56,865 bases of DNA from Bacteroidales bacterium (lineage in GTDB: Bacteria; Bacteroidota; Bacteroidia; Bacteroidales; JAIPAP01), in the NCBI GenBank assembly GCA_021740045.1, contig JAIPAP010000005.1, positions 1 to 56,865 of the forward strand, written 5' to 3'. Below the pieces are notes generated by a model that worked only from the letters and a program-made list of their open reading frames with translations, was not told the origin of the DNA and ran no database searches. A program made the position numbers and the translations under genes. Each line of letters begins with the position of its first letter. Within the stretch, counting starts at the first letter, position 1. This document shows positions 17,133 to 26,144 of this stretch, piece by piece.

Positions 17133-17262
17133 AATATTTCACTTTTGATTACAGTACATATTTGAGAGTGTAAAGGTATATTATATAACAAATAAAAACA
17201 AATATTTACATAATTGCATTTGTTAAAAAACTGTTAACCAAAGTTATTTAAGCAATAATGCT

Positions 17263-18123
17263 TTATTTGGCCAGGCTCTCATAAATTTTATTAGCCAGCC
17301 GGCTGGCCCCTATGCGGAAATATTTTTTATTCAGCCATTTATCGCCCAGGAGATGCTTGATCAATACATAATAATCAAGTGCATCTTCAGGTTCCGAAAT
17401 GCCTCCGGCAGGCTTAATACCGATCATTTCGCCGGTACGTTCATAATGAGCCTTGATAACTTCACACATCCCCATGGTAGCCCCCAATGTTGCCGCCGGC
17501 TTGACCTTACCGGTGGAAGTTTTAATAAAATCGGCTCCGGCATTAATCGCCAATTCGGAGGCTTTTTGGATAAGCGTATAATCGGAAAGCTCACCTGTTT
17601 CCAAAATTACTTTCAGATGCTTATCCTCCGCTGCACTTCGCAATTGCTTTAATTCATCCAATACGATATCATACTGTTCTTCAAGCATTATTCCCCTTGA
17701 AATAACAATATCAATATCATCGGCGCCCATCTGAGCGGCATACTTTACTTCCATGGCTTTCACATGTATAGGTGACTGACCTGCCGGAAAGGCGCCGGCA
17801 ACCGATGCTACGGCAATAGGAGTATCAATTAGCTTTTCTTTTGCAAGGCTGATGAAGGTTGGATATACACATATTGCCGCTACCGCAGGAATGTTATTCG
17901 CCTCATCTGCATAGGAGCTCCCCTGTTCACACAGTGATGAAACCCGCTCATCGGTATCTTTACCTTCAAGCGTTGTGAGATCGATCATTCCGAGTAATGC
18001 TCGCAAGGCATCTTGTTCATCTATTCCATTGCGAGCTTCCTTAACCATATCGAGGGCTTTTTTCTCAGCTTGCTCCATATCAAAATTTTGACTTGTGCTA
18101 TAGTTAAAATTCATACATATCAA
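17263..18123 (-). CDS. deoC: Deoxyribose-phosphate aldolase
   Basis: 286 aa. Motifs IDLTTLEG, Schiff-base lysine region ADFIKTSTGK, and IKPAGGI. The start may be Met4 (18114). Confidence 0.85.
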   Translation of the reverse strand: MICMNFNYSTSQNFDMEQAEKKALDMVKEARNGIDEQDALRALLGMIDLTTLEGKDTDERVSSLCEQGSSYADEANNIPAVAAICVYPTFISLAKEKLIDTPIAVASVAGAFPAGQSPIHVKAMEVKYAAQMGADDIDIVISRGIMLEEQYDIVLDELKQLRSAAEDKHLKVILETGELSDYTLIQKASELAINAGADFIKTSTGKVKPAATLGATMGMCEVIKAHYERTGEMIGIKPAGGISEPEDALDYYVLIKHLLGDKWLNKKYFRIGASRLANKIYESLAK

Positions 18124-18125
18124 AT

Positions 18126-18710
18126 TTATTTCTTAATAAAACCACCCTGCCAGGAATTTTTTTTCGGCTTCTGCCATAGCTGGTTTAGACCGGCCTTGTT
18201 CATGAGACTTTTGATCTCCTCAGGGGGCATGCCATGTGTTAATTTGGTGGGTTCCCAAATAATGAGCCTGCCATTCGGTCTAAGGGTTTTTCCAATGACA
18301 TTAACAATTGGCTCCCTCTCCAAAGGAGGAATATCATGCAAAACATACATTATGCTCACAGCATCAATGGAGCCTTCGGCAATATTTGCCTCCCGGATAT
18401 CTTCATTATGAAAACGAACATTGTTATACTTGCCCAGTCGTTTACGGGCCTGCTCTAACCAATATGGTGAAGTATCCAAACAAATCAACGCTCCGTTTTC
18501 ATCATCCAGGCTGCTCAGTATATATTTTGAGCCTGTTCCGGGGCCGCATCCAAAATCAAGAACCCGTTCATTACCTTTGAGCGATAATTTGCGGTAAAAT
18601 GGAGCATAAAAAAACCGGCTACCGAATATAGGTATTACAACACCGTGAGCCAGTTTTTCGATCAATGAGGGATTATCAAAATCCATTTGACGGTACTGAT
18701 ACGATTCCAT
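18126..18710 (-). CDS. Class I SAM-dependent methyltransferase
   Basis: 194 aa. Motif I VLDFGCGPG and post-I LDTS. It lies 2 bp from deoC on the same strand. Confidence 0.75.
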   Translation of the reverse strand: MESYQYRQMDFDNPSLIEKLAHGVVIPIFGSRFFYAPFYRKLSLKGNERVLDFGCGPGTGSKYILSSLDDENGALICLDTSPYWLEQARKRLGKYNNVRFHNEDIREANIAEGSIDAVSIMYVLHDIPPLEREPIVNVIGKTLRPNGRLIIWEPTKLTHGMPPEEIKSLMNKAGLNQLWQKPKKNSWQGGFIKK

Positions 18711-18721
18711 AGCTTATCAGG

Positions 18722-19411
18722 TTACAATTTCCGGGCTATATATGCTTTGAAGTATATATTCTTAGATCCTTCATATTCACCGGTTTCAGTTTCCGACAGA
18801 TCGTTTTGCACCGGGTAACTAAAACCAAGAAACTCAAGGCTTTTTAAGAGTTGAAAACCGTCACTAATCAATACATCTTCAATCTGGTTCCTGTCATGCC
18901 GGAACATTTGTATAGAATCCTCATATGGATTCAAGTCGATACCTTCCTTCTGGTTGATCACATATTGCCGGTCCATTCCGGGTTTATGGTCTTCAACAGT
19001 GAATGCAAAGATACCGTTCCTTTTTAACACTCGCGAAACCTCGGCCGTTAATTTATGGATATCACGGAAAAAATTCAAAACGCCCACTGCGATCACATTA
19101 TCAACAAAGGCATCGCGATAAGGTAATGGAAGTTCATGAAGATCATGCTGTTTCAGATCACGCGAAATACCTTTCATCCTGCAAAGCTTAAGCAACTCGG
19201 GAGAGCCATCGAGCCCGTATACCTTTAGCCCAAAGTCTTTGAAAAGAGCCGCACTCATGCCCGATCCTATTCCCAGATCGAGTAAAGATTGTTTTTGTTT
19301 GATGAATTCAAACACTAAGCCGAATACGACTTCAGGAGCATACCATCCTGATTCCTTTGCCTGCTGGTCGTATCCGGCCGAATTCTGTTCATCATCAAAT
19401 GCAGAAACCAT
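18722..19411 (-). CDS. Class I SAM-dependent methyltransferase
   Basis: 229 aa. Motif I LLDLGIGSG and post-I YGLDGS. Confidence 0.75.
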   Translation of the reverse strand: MVSAFDDEQNSAGYDQQAKESGWYAPEVVFGLVFEFIKQKQSLLDLGIGSGMSAALFKDFGLKVYGLDGSPELLKLCRMKGISRDLKQHDLHELPLPYRDAFVDNVIAVGVLNFFRDIHKLTAEVSRVLKRNGIFAFTVEDHKPGMDRQYVINQKEGIDLNPYEDSIQMFRHDRNQIEDVLISDGFQLLKSLEFLGFSYPVQNDLSETETGEYEGSKNIYFKAYIARKL

Positions 19412-19666
19412 AGTATTTAATTTTAAACGTACTGGATTACAATTACTTATTCCTTATTTCGAGGGCGCAAAAGTAGCAAAAATTCAAATCCCTGCCTTTT
19501 TTATGCCATTTTATGTGCAGAAGTAACTCCTTCCATCCATAAAAATTCCAAATGATTATAAACGAAACATTGATTTTTCAACTAAGACCTTCCAGGTTCT
19601 TAACAAGAATCCCTCATCAAAGGTGGAAATCATTGTTACAAAGCAGTGGTAAAATAACGACAAAAG

Positions 19667-19720
19667 CATGTAAAATACGGTTAAACCGTATTTTACATGA
19701 GATTGGCGGTATTTTACATG
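19667..19720. promoter_or_regulatory. 33-bp perfect palindrome plus a third half-site, with CATGTAAAATACGG as the core; candidate operator upstream of the 1910-aa gene
   Basis: catgtaaaatacggtt-a-aaccgtattttacatg (19667-19699) has 16-bp perfect arms. A further cggtattttacatg lies at 19707-19720. A related catgtaaaatatgg occurs at 26088. Confidence 0.4.
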
Positions 19721-19780
19721 TAATTTGAATCATTAGGGATTAACCTTGTCTACAAATTAACCCTCTAAGCATATATAATC

Positions 19781-22700
19781 ATGAAAACAAATCTATTTCT
19801 ATTCAAAGTAACCTCGCTATATCTGGTAATTTATTTGGTATGCGGCTTTTTGGATGCAAACCCACAGGATTCAACTGCTTTAGAACATAATGAAATGAAT
19901 TTTTATGAGCTTCAGGAAGCTTTTTATAATTATTGGGAACCCTATGATGTAAGTAATGGGTATTATTATCAAAATGGCGAACGCCTGAAAGCATTCGGAT
20001 GGAAACAGTTTAAGCGCTGGGAGTGGTTTTGGGAAAGCCGGGTAAATCCCGAGACCGGGGAATTTCCTGAAAAGCTCAGGGATGAATACTTCACAGAGAA
20101 ACAAATAAAAGGTGGGGCAGGACCAAAAGAAGGTGATGATAGCTGGACGAGTTTGGGGCCTTCTTCAACACCCGGCGGATACCACGGGCTGGGACGATTA
20201 AATTGTATAGCTTTCCGGGAAGGTGATGAAAACACATTTTATGTGGGTTCTCCAAGCGGTGGTCTTTGGAAAACCACCGATGGCGGTTCCTCGTGGGGCC
20301 CTCTAACTGATGACAATCCTGTTCTTGGAGTAAGCGATGCGGTTGTTATTCCCGGTGCGACTCCAGCTTCAGATATTGTTTATATAGCTACCGGGGACAG
20401 AGATGTGGGGTTTGCCATGCAGGCAATTGGTAGCGGACAGGTTAATGAAAACAACAGCATTGGGGTGATGGTGTCCAGCGACGGTGGAACAACCTGGGAA
20501 TCTACCGGCTTATCATTTGATGCAGCTGACAAAACACTTACTAACCGGCTCCTGCTCGATCCAAATAATAATAGCATTTTGTATGCAGCCACTTCTCTTG
20601 GAGCCTATAAAACCATTGATGGAGGAACAACGTGGGCACAAATTTCGGAGCATGAATTTATTGATATGGAATTCAAGCCCGATAATAGTAGTGTCATTTT
20701 CGGATCAACAAGGGTGGGCGGAAAAATATACAGAACAACAGATGGGGGAGGTTCATGGACCGAACAATTGGATGTATTTGGAGGCCACCGCACTGAACTT
20801 GCAGTCACACCGGCCAATCCGAGTAGAATTTACGCTGTTGTAACCGATGGGTACTCTTCCAGCGTCGGCCTGGAAGCCGTTTTCAGGTCCGATAATATGG
20901 GAGATAGTTTTACTGATATTTATGAACATCCTACAATTGGAAATACCAATCATAATTTATTACAGCGTGATTGCAATCCGAATGCCCAAACGGGTGGCCA
21001 GGGACATTACGACCTGGCCATAGCAGCAGACCCCAATGATGCCGATATTGTTTATGTAGGTGGCATTAATACCTGGAAGTCAACTGACGGAGGAGATAGC
21101 TTTGCCATTGTTAATCATTGGAGCACAACCTGTGGTGGAACAGTCGAGACTGTACATGCCGACAAACATGCGCTAGCATTCAGAGGCAGTACATCCATAC
21201 TATTCGAATGTAATGACGGGGGCTTATACAAAACTGAAAATGGGGGAACTAACTGGACCCACCTTGGAGATGGGCTGGTAACAAGCCAGATATATAGACT
21301 GGGGTTATCAGCGCTAAGCTCAAATGAGTTGATAAGCGGATTGCAGGACAATGGCACAAAAGCGATGCTCTCAGGAACCTGGACCGATGTATTGGGAGGC
21401 GACGGTATGGAATGCATAATTGATTTCAAAAACAACAATATACAATACGGTTCACTTCAGAATGGAAAACTCTACCGCTCTACCGATCATTGGAGCAATT
21501 CCACACTCATACATTTAGCGGAAGGAGCCTGGGTTACCCCATTTATAATGGATCCGGTTAGCAGCAGCACATTATATGTCGGTTATAATACTGTATTGAA
21601 ATCAGGAAATCAGGGTAGCAGTTGGTCTGTAATTGGCTACATTGACGGAAGCAATGGAATACGCTCTCTTACTATTGCTCCTTCAGATCCAAATTATATT
21701 TATGCAGCCTTTCTTGATGTGATTTACCAAACCACAACCGGGGGAGATTCCTGGACCAATATCACAGCAGGCCTACCTGTTGCCACTTCAAACATAACCT
21801 ATATAACGATCGATGAAGATGATCCTAATACCATTTGGGTCTCGATGGGTGAGTATAATGAGCATGGGGTTTATCAATCAACCGATGGAGGGTCAACATG
21901 GACTAATATATCAACAGGCCTGCCCGAAGTGCCGGTTATGTGTGTAATCCAAAATATGAATAATGATGCGGAAACAGAATTATATGCAGCTACCGATATT
22001 GGGGTTTACCAAAAAGTGGAAGTTGGTGATTGGGTGGATTTCAGTTCGGGCTTACCCAATGTGGTAGTTACCGAGCTGGAAATATATTACGATAATATTG
22101 AACCTGATGACAGCAAATTGCGTGCTGCTACTTATGGAAGAGGATTATGGGAATCACCTCTTCCTCCGGCACAGATATGCAGGCCCCCAACTGATCTGCT
22201 TGCTGATAATATTGGTGTTTATTCAGCACGTTTAAACTGGACCTCTGCCGGAGCCTCCCGCTGGAATATTGAATATGGCCTTGATGGTTATGAATTGGGA
22301 GAAGGAACATTGATTGAAGGAGTGGGGGCAAATCCTTATTCGCTTTCAGGACTTGATGGAAATACAGCCTATGATTTTTACATACAAAGTGATTGCGAAG
22401 ATGCTACAGGCATGAGTGAATGGGCCGGACCGGCTTCTTTTACTACGATAAGGGAAGGGCTTACCTGTGAATTTTCACATCTGATCACAGCACTACCTTT
22501 TTCTCTTTCCGATCATACTACCGAAAACAGTGAAAACGACTACAATATGGGCAATGGTGCTAATACATGCGGTACAGGCTATATGGAGGGCGAAGATTAT
22601 GTATTTGAATTCACTCCCGATAACGATGTTTTTCTTGATGTAACCATCTCCAATAATACCGACCCAACCGGAATTTTTATTCAGGATGGATGTCCGGATG

Positions 22701-25513
22701 ACCCTGAAACATCATGTATTGACGTTAACTATTCAATTGACGGGAATCCCTCGTTAAGTGCAGTCCCTCTGACAGGGAAAAGCACCTATTTTCTTATTGT
22801 CTCCACTGGTGGAGAAGTAGAATTTACAACATTTGATATCCTCCTCGAAGAAGTGATCTGTCCTGATCCATCTTCCATTATTATTGAGGAGGTAACCGGT
22901 ACCACAGCCACCCTGTCATGGACCACCGGAAGCTCAGCGTTATGGAATATTGAATATGGTCCGGGTGGTTTTGCTCATGGTGAAGGCACACTATTGGAAG
23001 GCATTGTTGACAATCCTTATACCATAACCGGATTGGATGCCTCAACTGCCTACGATGTATACGTACAAGATGATTGCGGTGGAGGAGAAACCAGTAACTG
23101 GGCAGGCCCCCAATCTTTCATGACCACCGAACTTTGTCCTTCTCCTTCCATGCCTATGGTAAACAGCACCACTTATACCACTGCAGAGTTAAGCTGGGAT
23201 CAGCCTGCCGGTACTTCGGCCTGGGATATCGAATGGGGAGTATCGGATTTCACATTGGGTGAAGGAACCTTAGTGACAGGGATCACAGAAGTCCCTTATG
23301 AATTAACCGGGCTGTCTCCCGGTACCACTTATAAATATTATGTCAGAAGCAACTGCACAACCAGTGGTAATGGTGTTGGTGAGTGGTACCCCGATCCAAT
23401 GGCAATGCCGGTAACATTTACAACTACCTCACCGCTTGAAGCTCCACTGAGCGAACATTTTGAAAACGGAGGATCGATACCCAGCGACTGGACGCAGGAA
23501 AACATAAGTGCATCTGTCGATTGGACCTTCCAAAATGGGGGACATGACGGCAATCCACCCAACGCTGCCGGTGGATCTTATAATGCATTTCTTTTTGCCG
23601 AAGAAGCCGGCGATCACCAAACCCGCTTGATCACTCCCCTGATCGATGTTACTTCAATGGGCGGAATGGTTTTATCATTCATGCACACACAGGCCGCATG
23701 GACAGGACAGGATGAGTTGAGCGTGTATTACCGTCCTTCTCTTGATGATGAATGGATACTGTTACCTTCGGCCACATGGACCGAAACTATTGAAAGCTGG
23801 ACCAAGGAGATGTTCGCGTTACCGGGAGCTTCATCTACCTACCAATTCGCTTTTGAAGGTAATGCCAGTTATGGCCACGGGGTATGCATTGATATGTTTA
23901 AAATCGATATTCCCATGAACATGGAATGGATGGGTGACTGGAGTTGCGATTGGAATTACATGGATAACTGGATGGGAGCCGAATGCCCGGGTGCTCTTGA
24001 TAATGTATATATCGCCAGTTGGGTTGCCAATCAACCTGAAATAAATGCCAATGTAGCCTGTAATAATCTTGAGATCGAGTCATCTGCCCAGGTAACACTA
24101 CTGCCGGAAGGCACATTAACCACTAATGGCACATTAACAATGCATGGGGATGACGGCATCTTAATCCAATCCAATGCCACCGGAACAGGCTCCCTGATTA
24201 CAAACGGAGATATATCCGGTGCAGGAAACCTGCAAGTACAACGCCATATCCCCGCATACACCGAAGATGCCGGCTGGCATTTCCTTTCTTCACCGGTGGA
24301 TGTACAGGCTATTTGCAATGGCTTTGTGGATAACAGTGATCCGCTTAATCCCATTCCCGGCATGAACGACTTCTATAAATGGTATGAACCGACAAATATG
24401 TGGATCAACACCAAAAATGACGGAGGATTTTGGAATGATGATTTTGAAGATAACTTCATTGTAGGTTGCGGTTATTTAGTGGCTTATGAAGGCATAGAAA
24501 CCAAAACCTTCACCGGCTCACCCAATGCATCCAACCTAACTTTGAATGCAGCGTCTACACCTCCATTGACCTATACACCCGGAGAAGGTGACGGCTGGAA
24601 CCTGGTAGGAAACCCATTCCCTGCTGCCATCGATTGGGATGAACTGACCAAAACCAATATTGATGATGCGGTTTACACCTATGACGGGGAAGCCGGGCAA
24701 TATAAATCCTGGAACGGATCGGCCGGAAGCTTTACCGATGGAATTATTCCCCCCATGAACGGCTTTTTTATTAAAGCAAACGGCGACCCCAGCCTGACCA
24801 TTCCCAAGTCAGCGCGCTTGCATTCTTCCACCGGATTTTATAAAAGCGCTAAATCATCAAGGGATGTGCTTAAGCTTACAATAAGCGGCAATGGCTTTTC
24901 CGACGAAACATACATTTGTTTCAGCCATAATGGCTCAAAAGGTTTCGATCATGACGGGGATGCCTATAAGCTCTATGGCGCTGAAGATGCCCCGCAGCTT
25001 TATTCCATTATCCCGGAAGAAATTCTTTCCATAAATGTATTGCCCTATGCGAATGAATGCACCATACCCATTGGGCTTGAAGTAGGGGCTGAAAAGAATT
25101 ATGTGCTTACCTGGAATGATTCTTTTTATGAAACGGTTGAACTCTCTCTTGATGATCTTAGGCAGAATAAAACGATCAACCTCAACCAACGTGATCATTA
25201 TACCTGTTCAGCCTCGCCGGGTGATGAACCCGACCGTTTTCTGCTTCATGTAACCGGAGCAACGGGAATGCCGAACACTTTGCAACACGGGGCCTTTAAG
25301 ATCTATAATCACAAGGATTTGGTCTATATTAAAAACCGTTTACAGGAAAAAGCAAGCATTGAGATATACAACCTTGTAGGTCAACTTATTACCAGCAAGC
25401 AAATTAATGGAGCCGGCACTTACACCATTTCAATGCAGGGCCATAGTGGCTTTTATGTAGTCCGTGCACAATCGTTAAATCATTATCAATCGAAAAAAAT
25501 CATCATTAAATAA
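19781..25513 (+). CDS. Giant secreted T9SS cargo: Asp-box (BNR) beta-propeller region, three FN3-like modules, a MAM/choice-of-anchor-like domain and a T9SS C-terminal sorting domain
   Basis: 1910 aa with a signal peptide. At least 8 Asp-box motifs (TTDGGSSWG, SSDGGTTWE, TIDGGTTWA, TTDGGGSWT, STDGGDSFA, TENGGTNWT, TTGGDSWT, STDGGSTWT). Three ~90-aa repeats contain L(N/S)W...W(N/D)IE(Y/W)G...T(A/T)Y. The C-terminus ...SIEIYNLVGQLI...GFYVVRAQ...KKIIIK is typical of a T9SS sorting domain. Confidence 0.85.
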   Translation: MKTNLFLFKVTSLYLVIYLVCGFLDANPQDSTALEHNEMNFYELQEAFYNYWEPYDVSNGYYYQNGERLKAFGWKQFKRWEWFWESRVNPETGEFPEKLRDEYFTEKQIKGGAGPKEGDDSWTSLGPSSTPGGYHGLGRLNCIAFREGDENTFYVGSPSGGLWKTTDGGSSWGPLTDDNPVLGVSDAVVIPGATPASDIVYIATGDRDVGFAMQAIGSGQVNENNSIGVMVSSDGGTTWESTGLSFDAADKTLTNRLLLDPNNNSILYAATSLGAYKTIDGGTTWAQISEHEFIDMEFKPDNSSVIFGSTRVGGKIYRTTDGGGSWTEQLDVFGGHRTELAVTPANPSRIYAVVTDGYSSSVGLEAVFRSDNMGDSFTDIYEHPTIGNTNHNLLQRDCNPNAQTGGQGHYDLAIAADPNDADIVYVGGINTWKSTDGGDSFAIVNHWSTTCGGTVETVHADKHALAFRGSTSILFECNDGGLYKTENGGTNWTHLGDGLVTSQIYRLGLSALSSNELISGLQDNGTKAMLSGTWTDVLGGDGMECIIDFKNNNIQYGSLQNGKLYRSTDHWSNSTLIHLAEGAWVTPFIMDPVSSSTLYVGYNTVLKSGNQGSSWSVIGYIDGSNGIRSLTIAPSDPNYIYAAFLDVIYQTTTGGDSWTNITAGLPVATSNITYITIDEDDPNTIWVSMGEYNEHGVYQSTDGGSTWTNISTGLPEVPVMCVIQNMNNDAETELYAATDIGVYQKVEVGDWVDFSSGLPNVVVTELEIYYDNIEPDDSKLRAATYGRGLWESPLPPAQICRPPTDLLADNIGVYSARLNWTSAGASRWNIEYGLDGYELGEGTLIEGVGANPYSLSGLDGNTAYDFYIQSDCEDATGMSEWAGPASFTTIREGLTCEFSHLITALPFSLSDHTTENSENDYNMGNGANTCGTGYMEGEDYVFEFTPDNDVFLDVTISNNTDPTGIFIQDGCPDDPETSCIDVNYSIDGNPSLSAVPLTGKSTYFLIVSTGGEVEFTTFDILLEEVICPDPSSIIIEEVTGTTATLSWTTGSSALWNIEYGPGGFAHGEGTLLEGIVDNPYTITGLDASTAYDVYVQDDCGGGETSNWAGPQSFMTTELCPSPSMPMVNSTTYTTAELSWDQPAGTSAWDIEWGVSDFTLGEGTLVTGITEVPYELTGLSPGTTYKYYVRSNCTTSGNGVGEWYPDPMAMPVTFTTTSPLEAPLSEHFENGGSIPSDWTQENISASVDWTFQNGGHDGNPPNAAGGSYNAFLFAEEAGDHQTRLITPLIDVTSMGGMVLSFMHTQAAWTGQDELSVYYRPSLDDEWILLPSATWTETIESWTKEMFALPGASSTYQFAFEGNASYGHGVCIDMFKIDIPMNMEWMGDWSCDWNYMDNWMGAECPGALDNVYIASWVANQPEINANVACNNLEIESSAQVTLLPEGTLTTNGTLTMHGDDGILIQSNATGTGSLITNGDISGAGNLQVQRHIPAYTEDAGWHFLSSPVDVQAICNGFVDNSDPLNPIPGMNDFYKWYEPTNMWINTKNDGGFWNDDFEDNFIVGCGYLVAYEGIETKTFTGSPNASNLTLNAASTPPLTYTPGEGDGWNLVGNPFPAAIDWDELTKTNIDDAVYTYDGEAGQYKSWNGSAGSFTDGIIPPMNGFFIKANGDPSLTIPKSARLHSSTGFYKSAKSSRDVLKLTISGNGFSDETYICFSHNGSKGFDHDGDAYKLYGAEDAPQLYSIIPEEILSINVLPYANECTIPIGLEVGAEKNYVLTWNDSFYETVELSLDDLRQNKTINLNQRDHYTCSASPGDEPDRFLLHVTGATGMPNTLQHGAFKIYNHKDLVYIKNRLQEKASIEIYNLVGQLITSKQINGAGTYTISMQGHSGFYVVRAQSLNHYQSKKIIIK

Positions 25514-25521
25514 GAGAAATC

Positions 25522-25755
25522 ATGAAAACAGTAGGAAAAATCATCATTACGATAGCGTTGATCATGTTCAGTATCAATCCATTAATAGGTGATGGACCGG
25601 CACCACCTCCCCCGGATCATGGCACTACAGGAAACCAGGAAGGCAACGGAGCGCCCATAGGGAATGGGCTCTTTATCCTTCTTGGTTTGGGAGCCGGCTA
25701 TGGAATCAAAAAGATCCGGACAAACCGAAAAAACAAAAGTGATATTGGGGATTAG
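25522..25755 (+). CDS. 77-aa secreted mini-protein: signal peptide, Pro/Gly-rich linker and a PEP/PID-CTERM-like tail
   Basis: It starts 9 nt after the stop of the giant gene. The order is signal peptide (IIITIALIMFSINPLIG), then PAPPPPDHGTTGNQEGNG, then APIGNG followed by a TM helix LFILLGLGAGYGI and the basic cluster KKIRTNRKNK. A terminator follows. Confidence 0.55.
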   Translation: MKTVGKIIITIALIMFSINPLIGDGPAPPPPDHGTTGNQEGNGAPIGNGLFILLGLGAGYGIKKIRTNRKNKSDIGD

Positions 25756-25775
25756 AGAGCGGTTTTTCCTGATGC

Positions 25776-25811
25776 AGCCATTCCGGTGTTACAGCCGGGA
25801 TGGCTTTTTTA
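25776..25811 (+). terminator. Rho-independent terminator closing the giant-gene/mini-gene transcription unit
   Basis: agccattccgg-tgttacag-ccgggatggct forms an 11-bp stem with one mismatch. It is followed by ttttttatttt. Confidence 0.65.
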
Positions 25812-25813
25812 TT

Positions 25814-26056
25814 TTATCCTTTAGAAATCAAAAAAAGCGAAACACCGATACTTAAAAAAGTAATGATCACGCCAAGAAGATTACAAATCAGGTTATGCCG
25901 TGCGCTACACTCCAGTAATAAGTTTTTGTAAATAATGAGGGATAATAACAGGATAAGTCCTAAAACAATTACAATACCCAAGCGATAACTATATTCGCCG
26001 ATAAAAAGTACGATTAAGCATAAAAGCAGCACCCCGTTTTCGCGTAAAAATTCCAT
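25814..26056 (-). CDS. Small hydrophobic membrane protein (about 3 TM), function unknown
   Basis: 80-aa ORF that is almost entirely hydrophobic helices. It is preceded by the CATGTAAAATATGG motif. Coding status is not proven. Confidence 0.45.
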   Translation of the reverse strand: MEFLRENGVLLLCLIVLFIGEYSYRLGIVIVLGLILLLSLIIYKNLLLECSARHNLICNLLGVIITFLSIGVSLFLISKG

Positions 26057-26087
26057 GCTACAATATAGTGCAAGCTTAATTCAAAGG

Positions 26088-26118
26088 CATGTAAAATATG
26101 GACAATTTCATGTAATTT
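26088..26118. promoter_or_regulatory. Second occurrence of the CATGTAAAATAYGG / CATGTAATTT motif pair
   Basis: The sequence is catgtaaaatatgg-acaattt-catgtaattt. It lies 32-62 bp upstream of the ATG at 26056 (minus-strand gene) and just 3' of the AraC-type regulator gene. The same two words occur at 19667-19730. Confidence 0.3.
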
Positions 26119-26144
26119 AAGGTAAATTCACCCCGATAATTAGG

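Noticed and set aside
17263-19411. The deoC plus two tandem SAM-methyltransferase genes could form a specialised modification cluster.
   Set aside because: The methyltransferases show only generic class I motifs. I could not identify a substrate-defining domain or linked biosynthetic gene. The genes are tightly packed but not demonstrably a system.
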